Below, piece by piece: positions 28,536-41,499 of a DNA stretch of 64,000 bases. A program made the position numbers and the translations under genes. The DNA lies in contig OX597819.1 in the NCBI GenBank assembly GCA_951406725.2, positions 6,696,001-6,760,000 on the forward strand, written 5' to 3'. The stretch's first letter is position 1. Each line of letters opens with the position of its first letter. The DNA comes from Octopus vulgaris. Lineage: Eukaryota. Below the pieces are notes generated by a model, which ran no database searches, had not been told where the DNA came from, and saw only the letters and a program-made list of their open reading frames with translations.

Positions 28536-29419
28536 CATTATCTTTCTCTCCTTCTCCCTCTACCTCTCTCCCCCTCTCTCACTTTCTCTTAGTCCTCTCT
28601 CTCTCTCTCTCTCTCTCTCCATGTAATAGGGAATAGAGAGTTAGAGATTTAGAAGCGAATGGAAAGCGAGTTATTGGAAAGCGAGTAATATTGTGGATGC
28701 TGTTGATTTAGAAACGGAATAAGAAATTCATTCGTTGAGAAACTCATCTTGAGTGAGCAACAAGAGTAATTTAGATTGGATTTTATTTCAAAAGAATTGT
28801 AGCGTGGATTCACATCGAAATATCTCCGTTGCTTTTAATTAGCTAAGAATGAGAGTTTATAGCGATTACATTAGATTCAAATTCTAAAGGACAGCTGAGA
28901 TCGCTGAAATGTATTCCATCTCAAACATTTTTGCTTTCTCAATATATCTGGATCAAAACCAAGCGGCCGTACAACATTGCTGCGCTTTTTATATTAGGTG
29001 AACGCAGTTATTACCCCATTAGTGAAATTATTTATTGTTGGGCAGGATTACGGATGTATATTTACAACAATATTGAGTAACATAGAGATGTGGGTTAACA
29101 CAATATTTATTCTAAGTTCTTAATGATGACGTATTTAGAAATTTTCCAAACGCCAGTTATTTATCCCTCAACATACATATATTGATATATGTATGGGTAT
29201 GATTAACCGAAAAAGGACAAATACACATAAAAAAGAGAAACGGTTCGTTGCAAGCAACGTCCTCAACGCATTTCTCAGAAATTTGATAGCAGAATTGTTT
29301 TATGGTTGGATTTTTAATAAAGGATTTGTAATCCAGACAAAATACTTCTTCAGCTCTCTGAAACGAAAATCAAAGCAGCACGCGCTCTAGGCATAATATA
29401 TGCATGTGTATGCGTATGC

Positions 29420-29473
<54 letters not shown>

Positions 29474-29476
<3 letters not shown>

Positions 29477-29903
29477 AAATATTGAGTTTCTACATCTCTC
29501 GTAGAGAGGTGTACGGTGGTGGAGTGATATAATGGTTGTATACTGTCAATCTAACAAGAACGTGACAGTAGGGGTACACCACCGTTATATAGCCCTAGGA
29601 GGCATCGAACGCCTCCTGACAGCTTCGACACATTTTATCCTGTGTCCTTATATACACATACGAAGGGGAGACAAACACCCCCAACCACCGGAACTGCATC
29701 TAGGGACACCGTGATCCTGAAACACGGCGTCCCTAGATGCAGTTCCGGCGGTTGGGGGTGTTTGTCTCCCCTTCGTATGTGTATATAAGGACACAGGATA
29801 AAATGTGTCGAAGCTGTCAGGAGGCGTTCGATGCCTCCTAGGGCTATATAACGGTGGTGTACCCCCTACTGTCACGTTCTTGTTAGATTGACAGTATACA
29901 ACC

Positions 29904-29910
<7 letters not shown>
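29474..29910. mobile_element. Fold-back PLE-pLTR-like element in (TA)n: ~187-bp inverted arms with a 9-nt loop
   Basis: 29527-29713 vs 29723-29910 are near-perfect reverse complements; loop ATCCTGAAA; arms homologous to 32492-32645. Confidence 0.8.
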
Positions 29911-29992
<82 letters not shown>

Positions 29993-30093
29993 GTATATAT
30001 GTATGTATGTATGTATGTATATACATGTGTATATATGTATACATATATATATATAGATAGATAGATTGATAGATAGATAGGTAGATAGATAGG

Positions 30094-30184
<91 letters not shown>

Positions 30185-30701
30185 ATTGGGAATGATAAGA
30201 ATATTACTTGGGCTGCACAAACTATTACTGCTTCTAACTCTTAAACTTCTCGAAGCCAATCGCTGAATTAGTCTACATTCTGTGGTATATAGTTTATGGT
30301 GTGTGGTATTTGTTGTCTGTTATGTGGTTTGTGGCAGAGGTTTATATTGATGAACGTTTGTCAGAAAATGGTTATGCTGCTGCACTGAAAGATCATTATA
30401 CATTATTCATTTGAACAGTTTGCCTATATGTCATCCGCTTTCTCTAAAGAGACGGACGAATATCTCAGTATATTGTATTGCGTGCACGTAGCAAAAGATA
30501 GACAGCGCTGTAAATCTGAATATCCGTCTATCATTCTTGCAAGTCCTGCCATTACTAAAGACCGATAGATAAACATTATTGTAGATAAGCGGTTCTGATA
30601 AATAAAGAGGTAACGTCTCTAGCAGCGGTCGGAACCCATTTGAAACAAGTACGCACGCGCGCAGTCACACACACATCATATACACGGACACATATACACA
30701 C

Positions 30702-30788
<87 letters not shown>

Positions 30789-30799
30789 TGGATATTTGA

Positions 30800-31012
30800 G
30801 GCGGCGAGCTGGCAGAAACGTTAGCACACCGGGCGAAATGCTTAGCGGTATTGCGTCTGTCGTTGCGTTCTGAGTTCAAATTCCGCCGAGGTCGACTTTG
30901 CCTTTCATCCTTTCGGGGTCGATAAATTAAGTACCAGATGTAATCGACTTAATCCATTTGTCTGTCCTTGTTTGTCCCCTCTGTGTTTAGCCCCTTGTGG
31001 GCAATAAGGAAA
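30800..31012 (+). mobile_element. SINE family B
   Basis: GGCGGCGAGCTGGCAGAAACGTTAG..GAGTTCAAATTCC..GCCTTTCATCCTTTCGGGGTCGATAAA. Confidence 0.85.
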
Positions 31013-31532
31013 CAGATATGGATATTTGAACATATATATACACATATACGTATGTATATGTATACATAGATATGTGTGTAGATTCACGTATATATATATG
31101 TTTGTACATGTACACAGACACTGACATGAGTGTGTGTGTGTGTGTGTGTGTGTATGTCTTCGTTCCGGTTTTGTGCGTGTATATGTTTGTTTGTATGTAC
31201 GTGCATATGTTAAAAATATGACTAAACATTTTCTGTCAGATTTTTATTAAGTTATCGATATGGATTCTTCAAATTATCAAATGTTCCAAGTAATGAGTAC
31301 TCAATACCAAGACTCGTTAGCATTGTTCTCTTTGCTTGAATGTATATGAACTATTCAGCCTTGAGTTAAAGAGGAATTTCTATATATTCCTACCAGTCAG
31401 TAAGAAATGGTGCATAATTTCCTTTATATCGCACACTACCATCTTAAATGATGAAAGATTACATTAGCTCATCAGCCTTATGCACACCTCAAAAACACTG
31501 TGTTCGCAGCTTAAATATTTTTGATCATAAGA

Positions 31533-31945
31533 AGGCGGCGAGCTGACAGAAACGTTACCATGCCGGGCGAAATGCTTAGCGGTATTTCGTCTGTCTTTAC
31601 GTTCTGAGTTCAATTTCCGCCGAGGTCAACTTTGCCTTTCATCCTTTCGGGGTCGATAAATTAAGTACCAGTTACGCACTGGAGTCGATGTAATCGACTT
31701 AATCCGTTTATCTGTCCTTGTTTTTCCCCTCTATGTTTAGCCCCTTGTGGGCAATAAAGAAATAAGAAATGTTAGGAAACCGGCCGAAATGCTTAGTGGT
31801 ATTTTGTCTGTCTTTACATTCTGAGTTCACATTCCGTCGAGGTCGACTTTGCCTTTCATCATTTCGGGGTCCATAAATTAGATACCAGTTGTGTACTGGG
31901 GTCGGTCTAATCGACTGGACCCCTCCCCCCAAAATTTCGGCCCTG
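31533..31945 (+). mobile_element. Two tandem SINE family B copies
   Basis: Family motifs at 31533-31768 and 31769-31945. Confidence 0.8.
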
Positions 31946-32259
31946 ATCATAGGTCTGCATTATTAGGGTTGACTTGGACCTACAGAACTCGTTATCATCA
32001 AGAACAACACCCAGGGCTCTTGCTTGGTGCAATAAAGAACAACTGCCAAATAAGCATCAAGAATGACGTTCAACTGAATGGTTTTAACTCTGTGAACTGT
32101 GTCTGATTTTATGGAGTATTTTACTCTTACTTTTTCTAGTAGCTTTCTATTTGTAAATCTTTTATGTATTAAATGCTTGGGACAAGTTGATGCTAACAAG
32201 ATTATGATGGTTTAGCTCCAAACTTTATCTTTAAAGTTGAAACTATTTGTTTTCGCTAT

Positions 32260-32321
<62 letters not shown>

Positions 32322-32339
32322 ATGTATGTATGTATATGA

Positions 32340-32648
32340 GACATTTAGAAATTTAATATTTCTGATTACGGTAACCAGTGAATAGATTTCACCGTAAATA
32401 TATATATTTGTGAAGGCTGGACAGGCACCTCGATCAGCAGATCTCACTATCCTGGGCTGATGACGGGTTAAGACCCAGAAACATGCATGTCCTCAGGTGT
32501 GAATCTTGGTGGTAGGGGTACAAATATAAGGACACAGAAAATGTGTCAAAGCCGACAGGTAGCGTTCGATGCTTCCTAGGGCTAAACAGCAGTGGTGTAA
32601 TTCCCATACGGGACTGTCACGTTAAGATGACAGTATACAACCACTCAT
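32340..32648 (+). mobile_element. Short hammerhead-bearing element (same family as 29474-29910) between TA-rich microsatellites
   Basis: Hammerhead at 32451-32497 followed by hairpins homologous to 29780-29905. Confidence 0.7.
32451..32497 (+). ncRNA. Minimal hammerhead ribozyme (type I)
   Basis: CCTGGG-CTGATGA-CGGGT-TAAG-ACCCA-GAAAC-ATGCAT-GTC^CTCAGG. Canonical core, 6-bp stem I, GGGT/ACCC stem II, perfectly palindromic stem III ACATGCATGT, GUC cleavage after 32491. Confidence 0.9.
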
Positions 32649-33357
32649 ATATATATATATATATACAGCTGATGAAGGGGATTTTTCCTTGTGTAGTTTG
32701 TCTTGTACTCTGTTTTTCTGTTGTAAAAAAATGGTTTGTTCCATGCTTGTTTTTCCGTTTTCGTTTCTCGTTGAGTTCTACGTCTATTTGTGGTGTCCTG
32801 TACTCACGTATATATATTTATACATGCATGTATGTATACTTGTAGATGTAGGTACGTACATATATGTATGTATGTATGCATATATTTTATTTATTACACT
32901 ATTGTATGACAGCACCCTCGCGTCGATTCGATTCGATTCGTTCGTTTCGTTCCGTTCTTCTTCTCCAAGTACTGTTATATATATATATATATATATATAT
33001 ACTCCGATCATACTCCCTGATATGTACAAGCAACCATTTGGATTCAAACTGGAAGTATTATATTTCTAAACTACGCTCCTATTTACTTAGTCATTAACTC
33101 ATATCAACGCGTCAGTATAGCCTACAGGATGAGACCGATTTATTTAGAAACATCGTTTCATCTCCTAAGATGAAGTTAATAGTACGAAAAGTAATTTTCA
33201 AGTATATGTTTGAAAAATATGCGTATTGTGTTCTTCCTGAAGATGCTTTGTCAGCCGCTTTGAGTCAATCATCCCAATGTGCGATGAAATCTAATACAAG
33301 AAATTATCACATGGGCAAGCACATGGAGAATTACCTCAATGGTTACTGATATCGGAG

Positions 33358-33588
33358 ACGGCGTGCTAGCAGAAGCGTTAGCAGGCCGGGCGAAATGCGT
33401 AGGCGTATTTCGTCTGCCCTTACGTTCTGAGTTCAAATTCCGCCGAGGTCGACTTTGCCTTTCATCCTTTCGGGGTCGATTAAATAAGTAACAGTTACGC
33501 ACTGGGGTCGATATAATCGACTTAATCCGGTTGTCTGTCTTTGTTTGTCCTCCCTGTGTTTAGCCCCTTGTAGGTAGTAAAGAAATAG
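33358..33588 (+). mobile_element. SINE family B
   Basis: Family motifs. Confidence 0.85.
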
Positions 33589-34161
33589 GTTGGGTAAGGA
33601 TGTTTTGTGTGTCTGTTTGACCTTTGTGTAACCAATCGATGTTGAGTGTGATTGAAGTATATGTTAAGGCGCGGGAACTGTTTTTACAGATATCAGCACC
33701 CATTTAAGACAAGAAAGACAACAGACTTGCCTCTTACTCACGTTATTATTATTATTAAACGATGATTCTTAGATTTCATTAAACTCATTAACCACAATAA
33801 ACTATTCATACATTTTAAATTTCCTATTTCATTTGCTCAAGACAACTAATCTGCCGCTAAGCATTACCAGGATGTATTATTCTCTCTAGCCATAAAGAAC
33901 AGTCGCTAGTTTCAGATATCTAAGGAGTAGCATGAAGATAGATGCACCTCACTCACTCTCTCACTTTTGAGCGCGTGGAACATCAAGGATGTAGCAACTG
34001 CGGCGAGAGAGGAGTCTACCAGAATTCAACTGGTGTTCATTTTGATTTGACTTGACTGGAACAACGCGATATGAAATTCTTTGCTCAAAAACGTATGAAG
34101 CTAACCAGGCCTTTAATTGAAACCACGACCTCATGGCCACTAGGCCATGTGTTTTCACATG

Positions 34162-34273
<112 letters not shown>

Positions 34274-34328
34274 TGTATTTATGTGTGTGAGTGTATGCAT
34301 ATGTATATATGTATATATATAATTATAT

Positions 34329-35074
34329 ATCAATCAATATAAGGGTAACAAAAAATTCAAGAAAAATTTTCTGCCACCAGCGGTCAAGTGAGAAAATAGA
34401 AATAGTCACAGACTATATGATACATTCAACAAAATATTAAGGAATGACCCTGAGAAGGTCGTTCGACTCACTTGAAAAGAGCAGCTAAAACTCAAAACCG
34501 CAAAAAATAGTAATAATTCTGAAACTGACGAGACAAGCCAAGCGTAAACGGATTTAATTTAATTTAATTAAATTTGATTGCGTGAAGATGTTGAAACCTT
34601 GCAGGGTACAAAGTTTGAAGGGGATAAATGTTTTTTATTTTCCTCTAGTTTCAGAATTATTACTATTTTTTGCGGTTTTGAGTTTTAGCTGCTCTTTTCA
34701 AGTGAGTCGAACGACCTTCTCAGGGTCATTCCTTAATATTTTGTTGAATGTATCATATAGTCTGTGACTATTTCTATTTTCTCACTTGACCGCTGGTGGC
34801 AGAAAATTTTTCTTGAATTTTTTGTTACCCTTATATTGATTGATTAATGAATTTTTGACTAATTCTGAAATTTGTATCAGCAGCTTATATTTGCTGCGGA
34901 GTAGATGGCGCGATTACGGTGAATTCGAAAATTTACGAATATAGACCCGAGGTTTAGATGGTGTAGCCTCGTGTATATATATCTGCCTCCTATTTTGGTG
35001 ACTTTGCTGACGAGACAAGCCAAGCGTAAACGGATTTAATTTAATTTAATTAAATTTGATTGCGTGAAGATGTT
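34329..35074 (+). mobile_element. Non-coding retrozyme/PLE-pLTR-like element: 198-bp inverted arm + 482-bp unit + 68-bp terminal redundancy
   Basis: 34329-34526 is the reverse complement of 34647-34844; 34525-34592 = 35007-35074; contains a hammerhead; TA-rich flanks. Confidence 0.8.
34525..34614 (+). ncRNA. Hammerhead ribozyme lacking its 5' stem I strand (that strand lies at 35001-35006)
   Basis: CTGACGA-GACA...TGTT-GAAAC-CTTGCAGG-GTA^CAAAGT. CAAAGT pairs with ACTTTG preceding the second CTGACGA at 35007; stem III ACCTTGCAGGGT is near-palindromic. Confidence 0.8.
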
Positions 35075-35189
35075 TATATAATTATATATATATGCATGTA
35101 TGTATGCATGCATGTATGTATGTATATACGTACGTATGTATGTATATACGTACGTATGTATGTATGTACATATGTTTGGCGATACCTGC

Positions 35190-35770
35190 TCGATACAATC
35201 GAGTTCTTATGCGACTGAAACCCGAGTGTCTCTTTGGTCAGCTGAAAGCAGTTTAGCACGAACTTGGCAAACACATGTCTCATACCCAAATCGTCAGTGA
35301 TAAGGGACTGAACTGAACCGTAACTGATCTTCACATCCTCTGATAACTCACGGATGGTAATTCTACAATTTCCCCTCAAAGCTGCATACACATCTGCGGT
35401 GAATTTCTCAGATCGACTGGTTGCGGGTCTTCAAGATCGTTCGTCAATATCGACATTTTTTCGGCCATCTTGGAAACGTTTGCACCATTTGAACACTTAT
35501 CTTCGGCTCATACACTTTTTGTAACTTTGCGCAAGCCTCGGAGTAGGTGTCGCTATGACAACTTTCTCTGTTATGGTCAATACGACGATCACACGCTACG
35601 CACGTTCCTCCCAAGCATTGCTGTAAACAGCGAAACTGAGCTAGAGCGTTAAAACTTAGTGCAAATGCGCAGCTGTGTTTAAGGTCAATCTTTGCCAAAC
35701 GGCTCCACTCTGGATGTTTTAGCTTCGTTATTATGGCAATAGTTCGGATACTTATTGATCAGACCACGTA
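35190..35770 (-). mobile_element. Mariner transposon 5' relic (TIR + N-terminal HTH)
   Basis: Minus strand begins TA-CGTGGTCTGATCAATAAGTATCCG; RITIRELSEDVKISYGSVQSLITDDLGMRHV.AKFV. Confidence 0.8.
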
Positions 35771-35836
35771 TATATATATATATTATATATATATATGTAT
35801 GCCTGTATTATACGTATACACATATATGCATGCATT

Positions 35837-36148
<312 letters not shown>

Positions 36149-36873
36149 TAATACACTTGTGCATGTACGCATATATGTGTGCCTGTGCGGGCGCGGGCGC
36201 GTGTGTGACTCTATATGTGTGGACGCAGCTCATACTATTTCTCTTTTAACTTTGTGCAGATGCAGGTACAAAGAGCAATCACGTTTGGTTTATACAATCT
36301 TTGGATCTGCATTCATCGTCGTATCAAACATAAAATAGAACTGTGTATTGTTGTGCTAAAATCAGAGTAATCAAGAAAAGATTTCGTGATCGAATCACCT
36401 GTACCGTTCAAAGGAAGATTTAATACAAATACTTTCTCTGATGTAAAAACGATTCCAGATATACTGCATAGATGTATAGAAAGGTTAACGCCAGGACTGA
36501 TATTTCACCAGAGGGTTTATACTATACAGATTATTAAACCGAGGTGTTAATAAAAAAAAATCTGGATTTATATTCTATTATACTCCAATCTATATCGACT
36601 TTATTACTCACAAAATATTCAGTTCAAAAAAATGTAAACACGTTCACTATTCAGTCTTAGTTTGCCGTTTTCTAAAAAGTCGTATTTATGTATGTAATTA
36701 TAGCTGGGTATTCGTATATTTCTACAAAATATATATATGTATGTATATATGTATATTTGTGCACATAATAGTAGTCGTGTACTGTATATCGTACTATTAT
36801 GATGAACATAAATATTCAATCTAATAATTCATTGATTAACTTGTTCGATTTTTCACATGCATATTACCAGTTT

Positions 36874-36938
36874 GCGTATGTGTGAGCGTATGTGTGAGCG
36901 TATGCGTGAGCGTATGTGTGAGCGTATATGTGAGTGTA
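36874..36938. repeat. 12-bp minisatellite (GCGTATGTGTGA)~5
   Basis: Direct reading. Confidence 0.85.
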
Positions 36939-37842
36939 TATTTGTGTTTGTGTGCGCACGCTTTTATCTTCATATGAATTGTTGAATCAATATTTCATAA
37001 CAAATAAATAATTCTGAAATATTCAGTCAGAATTTATTGATCAGCATCAAATAATAATTTTCTCCAGATACCTGAATTGAAGAATGTCAGTGCAATAGAT
37101 GTGCAAAGACTTTGGAATGTACACTCACAGTTACAAATATTTCTCTCTTGCCAATATCATCGTATTCATTATCTTGAAAGTAACGTCAATTAGAAAAATA
37201 CAGACTTGGCAAGCGGGGAAATAATTTTCAACGATCACTAGAGAAGATTATTTGGAAAACCACAAAGTGACCGAGTTTTAGTGCTAAAGTAGTACTAATC
37301 GTATGCCAAATTTGCTTTTGGCTTTGGTGGAGATTCTGGCTTCAACACATTTTTAAAAGAACTAACCTAACTTTAGTCATTCTGTAAAGTATTTAATTGA
37401 TAACGCTTATATTTTTAAGTTACCAATTTCACTTTAATCATATAAAAGCCATTCTCTAGATCGAAACATCAAATTGTAACTCATAGTTACACATTAAATC
37501 CAGTTCTATATTTGCTCTCTTTCTTCTAAAACCCCAACTTGTCATAATTTTTACTTTAAAATATAAATCTACTAATATAAACCTACAAATAAAGCGGTAA
37601 ACTTTCATTTATTTCCACTGATGCCATCGGGCTAATATTGTCGAACGGTTAGTAACAGAAAGAGAAATTTCAAAGGCATCAATAAAAAAAAATACGAAAC
37701 AAACCCAGCACAAAGACTGGTTTCAAAGCTAAATAGAGAAGCCATAACAAGACACATAGAAAAATTACTGTAGATCAGGATTGGAAAATATAAATATTGC
37801 TTCATTTCCTTTATATGTTTTCTTGAGGAGTATTGCAAAAGA

Positions 37843-38229
37843 GGAGGCGCAATGGCCTAGTGGTTAGGGCAGCGGACTCGTGGTCATAGGATCGCGGTTT
37901 CGATTCCCAGACCGGGCGTTGTGAGTGTATATTGAGCGAAAACACCTAAAAGCTTCACGAGGCTCCGGCAGGGGATGGTAGTGATCCCTGCTGTACTCTT
38001 TTACCACAACTTTCTCTCACTCTTACTTCCTGTTTCTGTTGTACCTGTATTTCAAAGGGCCGGCCTTGTCACTCTCTGTGTCACGCTGAATATCCCCGAG
38101 AACTACGTTAAGGGTGCACGTGTCTGTGGAGTGCTCAGCCACTTACACGTTAATTTCACGAGCAGGCTGTTCCGTTGATTCGGATCAACCGGAACCCTCA
38201 TCGTCGTAACCGACGGAGTACTTCCATAC
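37843..38229 (+). mobile_element. tRNA-derived SINE family A
   Basis: Same sequence; TSD ATTGCAAAAGA. Confidence 0.9.
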
Positions 38230-38279
38230 ATTGCAAAAGATCGTTCTCTCACTCTCTATCTATTCATCTCTAATTCTGT

Positions 38280-38323
<44 letters not shown>

Positions 38324-38780
38324 TTATTAAAAGAGACCTAGATTTCGTACAGCTAAACGTACCCCCCATTTTTCACTATGGAAAAAATGGATAAATACAA
38401 AATTTTGTAGTTCTAATGAAGAACAACGGGGCTCATAAAAAATCGAATTGATGAGGTATGTGGGGTATTATTTGTCACTTGTTACTATTAATTATGAATA
38501 AATCTGATGTGTGCTGAAGAATAGGAGAACAGGAATCTATTTAATTTGAAATGAAGATAATTGGAGTCAGAGAATTAAATGAATCAGAAATTTGTTGTAT
38601 TTTAATGGAAGAGAAAGCTGAGGGATCAAGTAAGAAAAGAACACGGGAAATCTCGTTGATCTCTCGGGAACAGGAAAGGATACTTATTCAGTTATTTACG
38701 GGTTTGACAGGGCTTTAAAGATTACAGTGTACCAGCTTTCCCTACTAGTTCGTAATAAGTGGGGGGGGGGGGTGTTTCTA

Positions 38781-39475
38781 CGGCAGTAACCTGGCAGAAT
38801 CGTTGGCAGGCCGGCTAAAATGCTTCACGACATTTTCTGCGGCTTTACGTTATGGGTTCAAATCTTACCGAGGTCAGTTTTCGCCATTCATTTCTATTTT
38901 TTTTTTTTTTTTTTTCAGGTCGATAAAATATTACCAGTTGAACCCCGTGATCGATGTAATAAACTAAACTACATCCCCGAAATTGCTGGCCCTCTGCCAA
39001 ACTTTTAAACCAATATGACAAGAGGTCGTAAGGCAGCGAGCAGGTTGAATCATTAGCACACCGGGCAAAAATGCTTTGTGGTATATCTGTTTCTTTATTA
39101 CCCACAAGGGGATAAACATAGAGGGGACAAACAAGGGCAGACAAACGGATTAAGTCGATTACATCGACCCCAGTGCGTAACTGGTACTTAATTTATCGAC
39201 CCTGAAAGGATGAAAGGTAAAGTCGACCTCGGCGGAATTTGAACTCAGAACGCAACGACAGACGCAATACCGCTAAGCATTTCGCCCGGTGTGCTAACGT
39301 TTCTGCCAGCTCGCCGCCTTGTAGTATATCGTGCGTTTATACTTTCTGAGTTCAAATTCTGCCGTGATCGACTTTGTCTTTCATCATCGGCGTCGATAAA
39401 ATAGGTACCAGCTTATCACTGTGGTCAATGTAGTCGACTCACCCACTGCACTGAAATTGCTGGTTTTGTGCCAAA
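38781..39475. mobile_element. Nested SINE family B copies (a minus-strand copy at ~39090-39318 inside a plus-strand copy)
   Basis: Family motifs on both strands; GTGGTATATC/GTAGTATATC flank the inner copy. Confidence 0.7.
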
Positions 39476-39506
39476 TTATTATTATTATTATTAGCATTAT
39501 TATTAT

Positions 39507-39599
<93 letters not shown>

Positions 39600-39642
39600 T
39601 AGTAGTAGTAGCAGCAGCAGGAGCAGCAGCAGCAGCAGTAGC

Positions 39643-39694
<52 letters not shown>

Positions 39695-39724
39695 TCATCA
39701 TCATTATTTATTTATTGTCTTTAC

Positions 39725-41455
39725 ACAACTTCTAACGTTGGAGAAGAACTACGGTGCCAGATGTTCACTGCTAGTGAGCTAAGGTAACAACCCTTACTTT
39801 TCGCGCACCATCCATGTACCTCTCAAGATTTTGACTCACTGTTCCCAGCGCTCCGACAATGATTGGTACTACTATCACCTTTTTATCGACCACAACCGCT
39901 TAACCTCCCAAGCTAACCTGTCATATCTATCGACTTTTCTTTCTTCCTTTTCGCATACGTTGTTGTTAGCTGGGCATGCTAAATTTATGATCCAGCATCG
40001 TTAGCTTTCTTTCTCAATTAACACTATGCCTGGTTTCCTATTTTCTATCTCATGGTCGCACTGAATCATAAAATCCCATAGGGTCTTTGCATTATCATTT
40101 TCGATTATGCCTTCGGGTTTATGTTCGTACCACTTTTTGGCTCTGTCAAGTCCATACATGTTGCAAAGTGTCCAATGAACAATGCGTGCTATATTGTCAT
40201 GGCGTCTCATATTCTTTCTGGGCTAGTGGCCTACATTGACTGCTGATATTCCATACGGTTTCACCGTTTTATCCACAAATTCTGCATTTATTACTTTCTG
40301 ATGTGTTCTGTATTTGATGTAATTGGTTCTTAATGCTTGCACAGATTAGAGCCTCGGTTTCCCGTTTTAAATCACTTTAAGTCATCCATAGCCATCTTTT
40401 TGCTCTATCTGTCTTATCTTCAACATCCCTATGAAATTGCTCATGCATTATTTTCTTTATCCACCTATTTTCAATTTAATTCATCCTCAAGTCCTTGTAC
40501 GGTGCTTTATCTTTGCAATTTTCCATCCTACACAAGCCTGGCATTCTTACTTTCAATAATAATGGTACTGTGGCAGTTTTTACATACCATGCTATGCTGG
40601 TTTCTTCTGCTCTAATGCTGTATTAACATCCAATCAGTCCTCTTCCCCTTCTTTATCTTAGTACATACAGTCTGTCTGTGACACTTTTTTGGTGGAGTGA
40701 CCCATATAGAGTTAGCAACTTCTTTGTCTTTCTGTCTAAGCTGCTTAATTCGCCTATTGTCCATGCGATTACCCCTGCTCCATATATAAGTAGTGAAACC
40801 GCCCGGGTGTTGACAGCTGTAATCTTATTCCGTCCCTTTAATTTCGATTTAAGGATCTCTCTCAGTCTGCACAAGTACTCCACCTGAAATATTTTTGTCA
40901 TTTCTTTCTACATTTCCAATATCCCCAAGTACTTATAGCCCGTCTATTCTATCTGATTTATAATTTCCCCCAACGGTATCGCTAGCCCGTCCATACATTT
41001 GAGTTTGCCTGTCTTCAAGACTAACGGACTACACTTTTTCAGTCCGAAATTCATCCTGATATCGGCACTGAAAGTATACACGGTATCAACGAGGGAACTG
41101 ACTTGGGAACAGACCATAAAACTAATGGTCTCATGACAGATGGGCAAAGGGAAATCTACGACAGAATAAAGGCAAAGCTACAAGAGAGCGATAGCGACAT
41201 TATTTGCAACCTTAAAAAGGTTGATTGGTGGAAATTGAACAAAGAAACGAAAAATATGAATGAAATTCTGAAATACATCAGAACATGAAACATCAGAGAA
41301 ACAAACAATTTGGTCAAGGCAGCAAGTATTTTTGTAGCAGAAAAGGTGGGTGTCGATGTCAAAAAACAGAAAATATATAATGGGGGTGACAAAAGAAAAG
41401 ATCCATAGTGGAAAAGAGGAATACAGATGGGGTTAGATATGCTCTCAAAAGACGT
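39725..41455 (-). pseudogene. RLE-LINE fragment with an inverted 5' segment (41105-41455 on +)
   Basis: MNFGLKKC, DRLYV, RRHDNIARIVHW, WDFMIQCDHEIENRKP on -; TNNLVKAA..WKRRIQ (N-terminal region) on +. Confidence 0.8.
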
Positions 41456-41499
41456 TGAATGCGTCCTTACCGGCTCGCAAAGACTACAGGGATTGGATT

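Noticed and set aside
32669-32690. CTGATGA followed by the hairpin AAGGGGATTTTTCCTT
   Set aside because: No following GAAA, stem III or NUH; not a complete hammerhead
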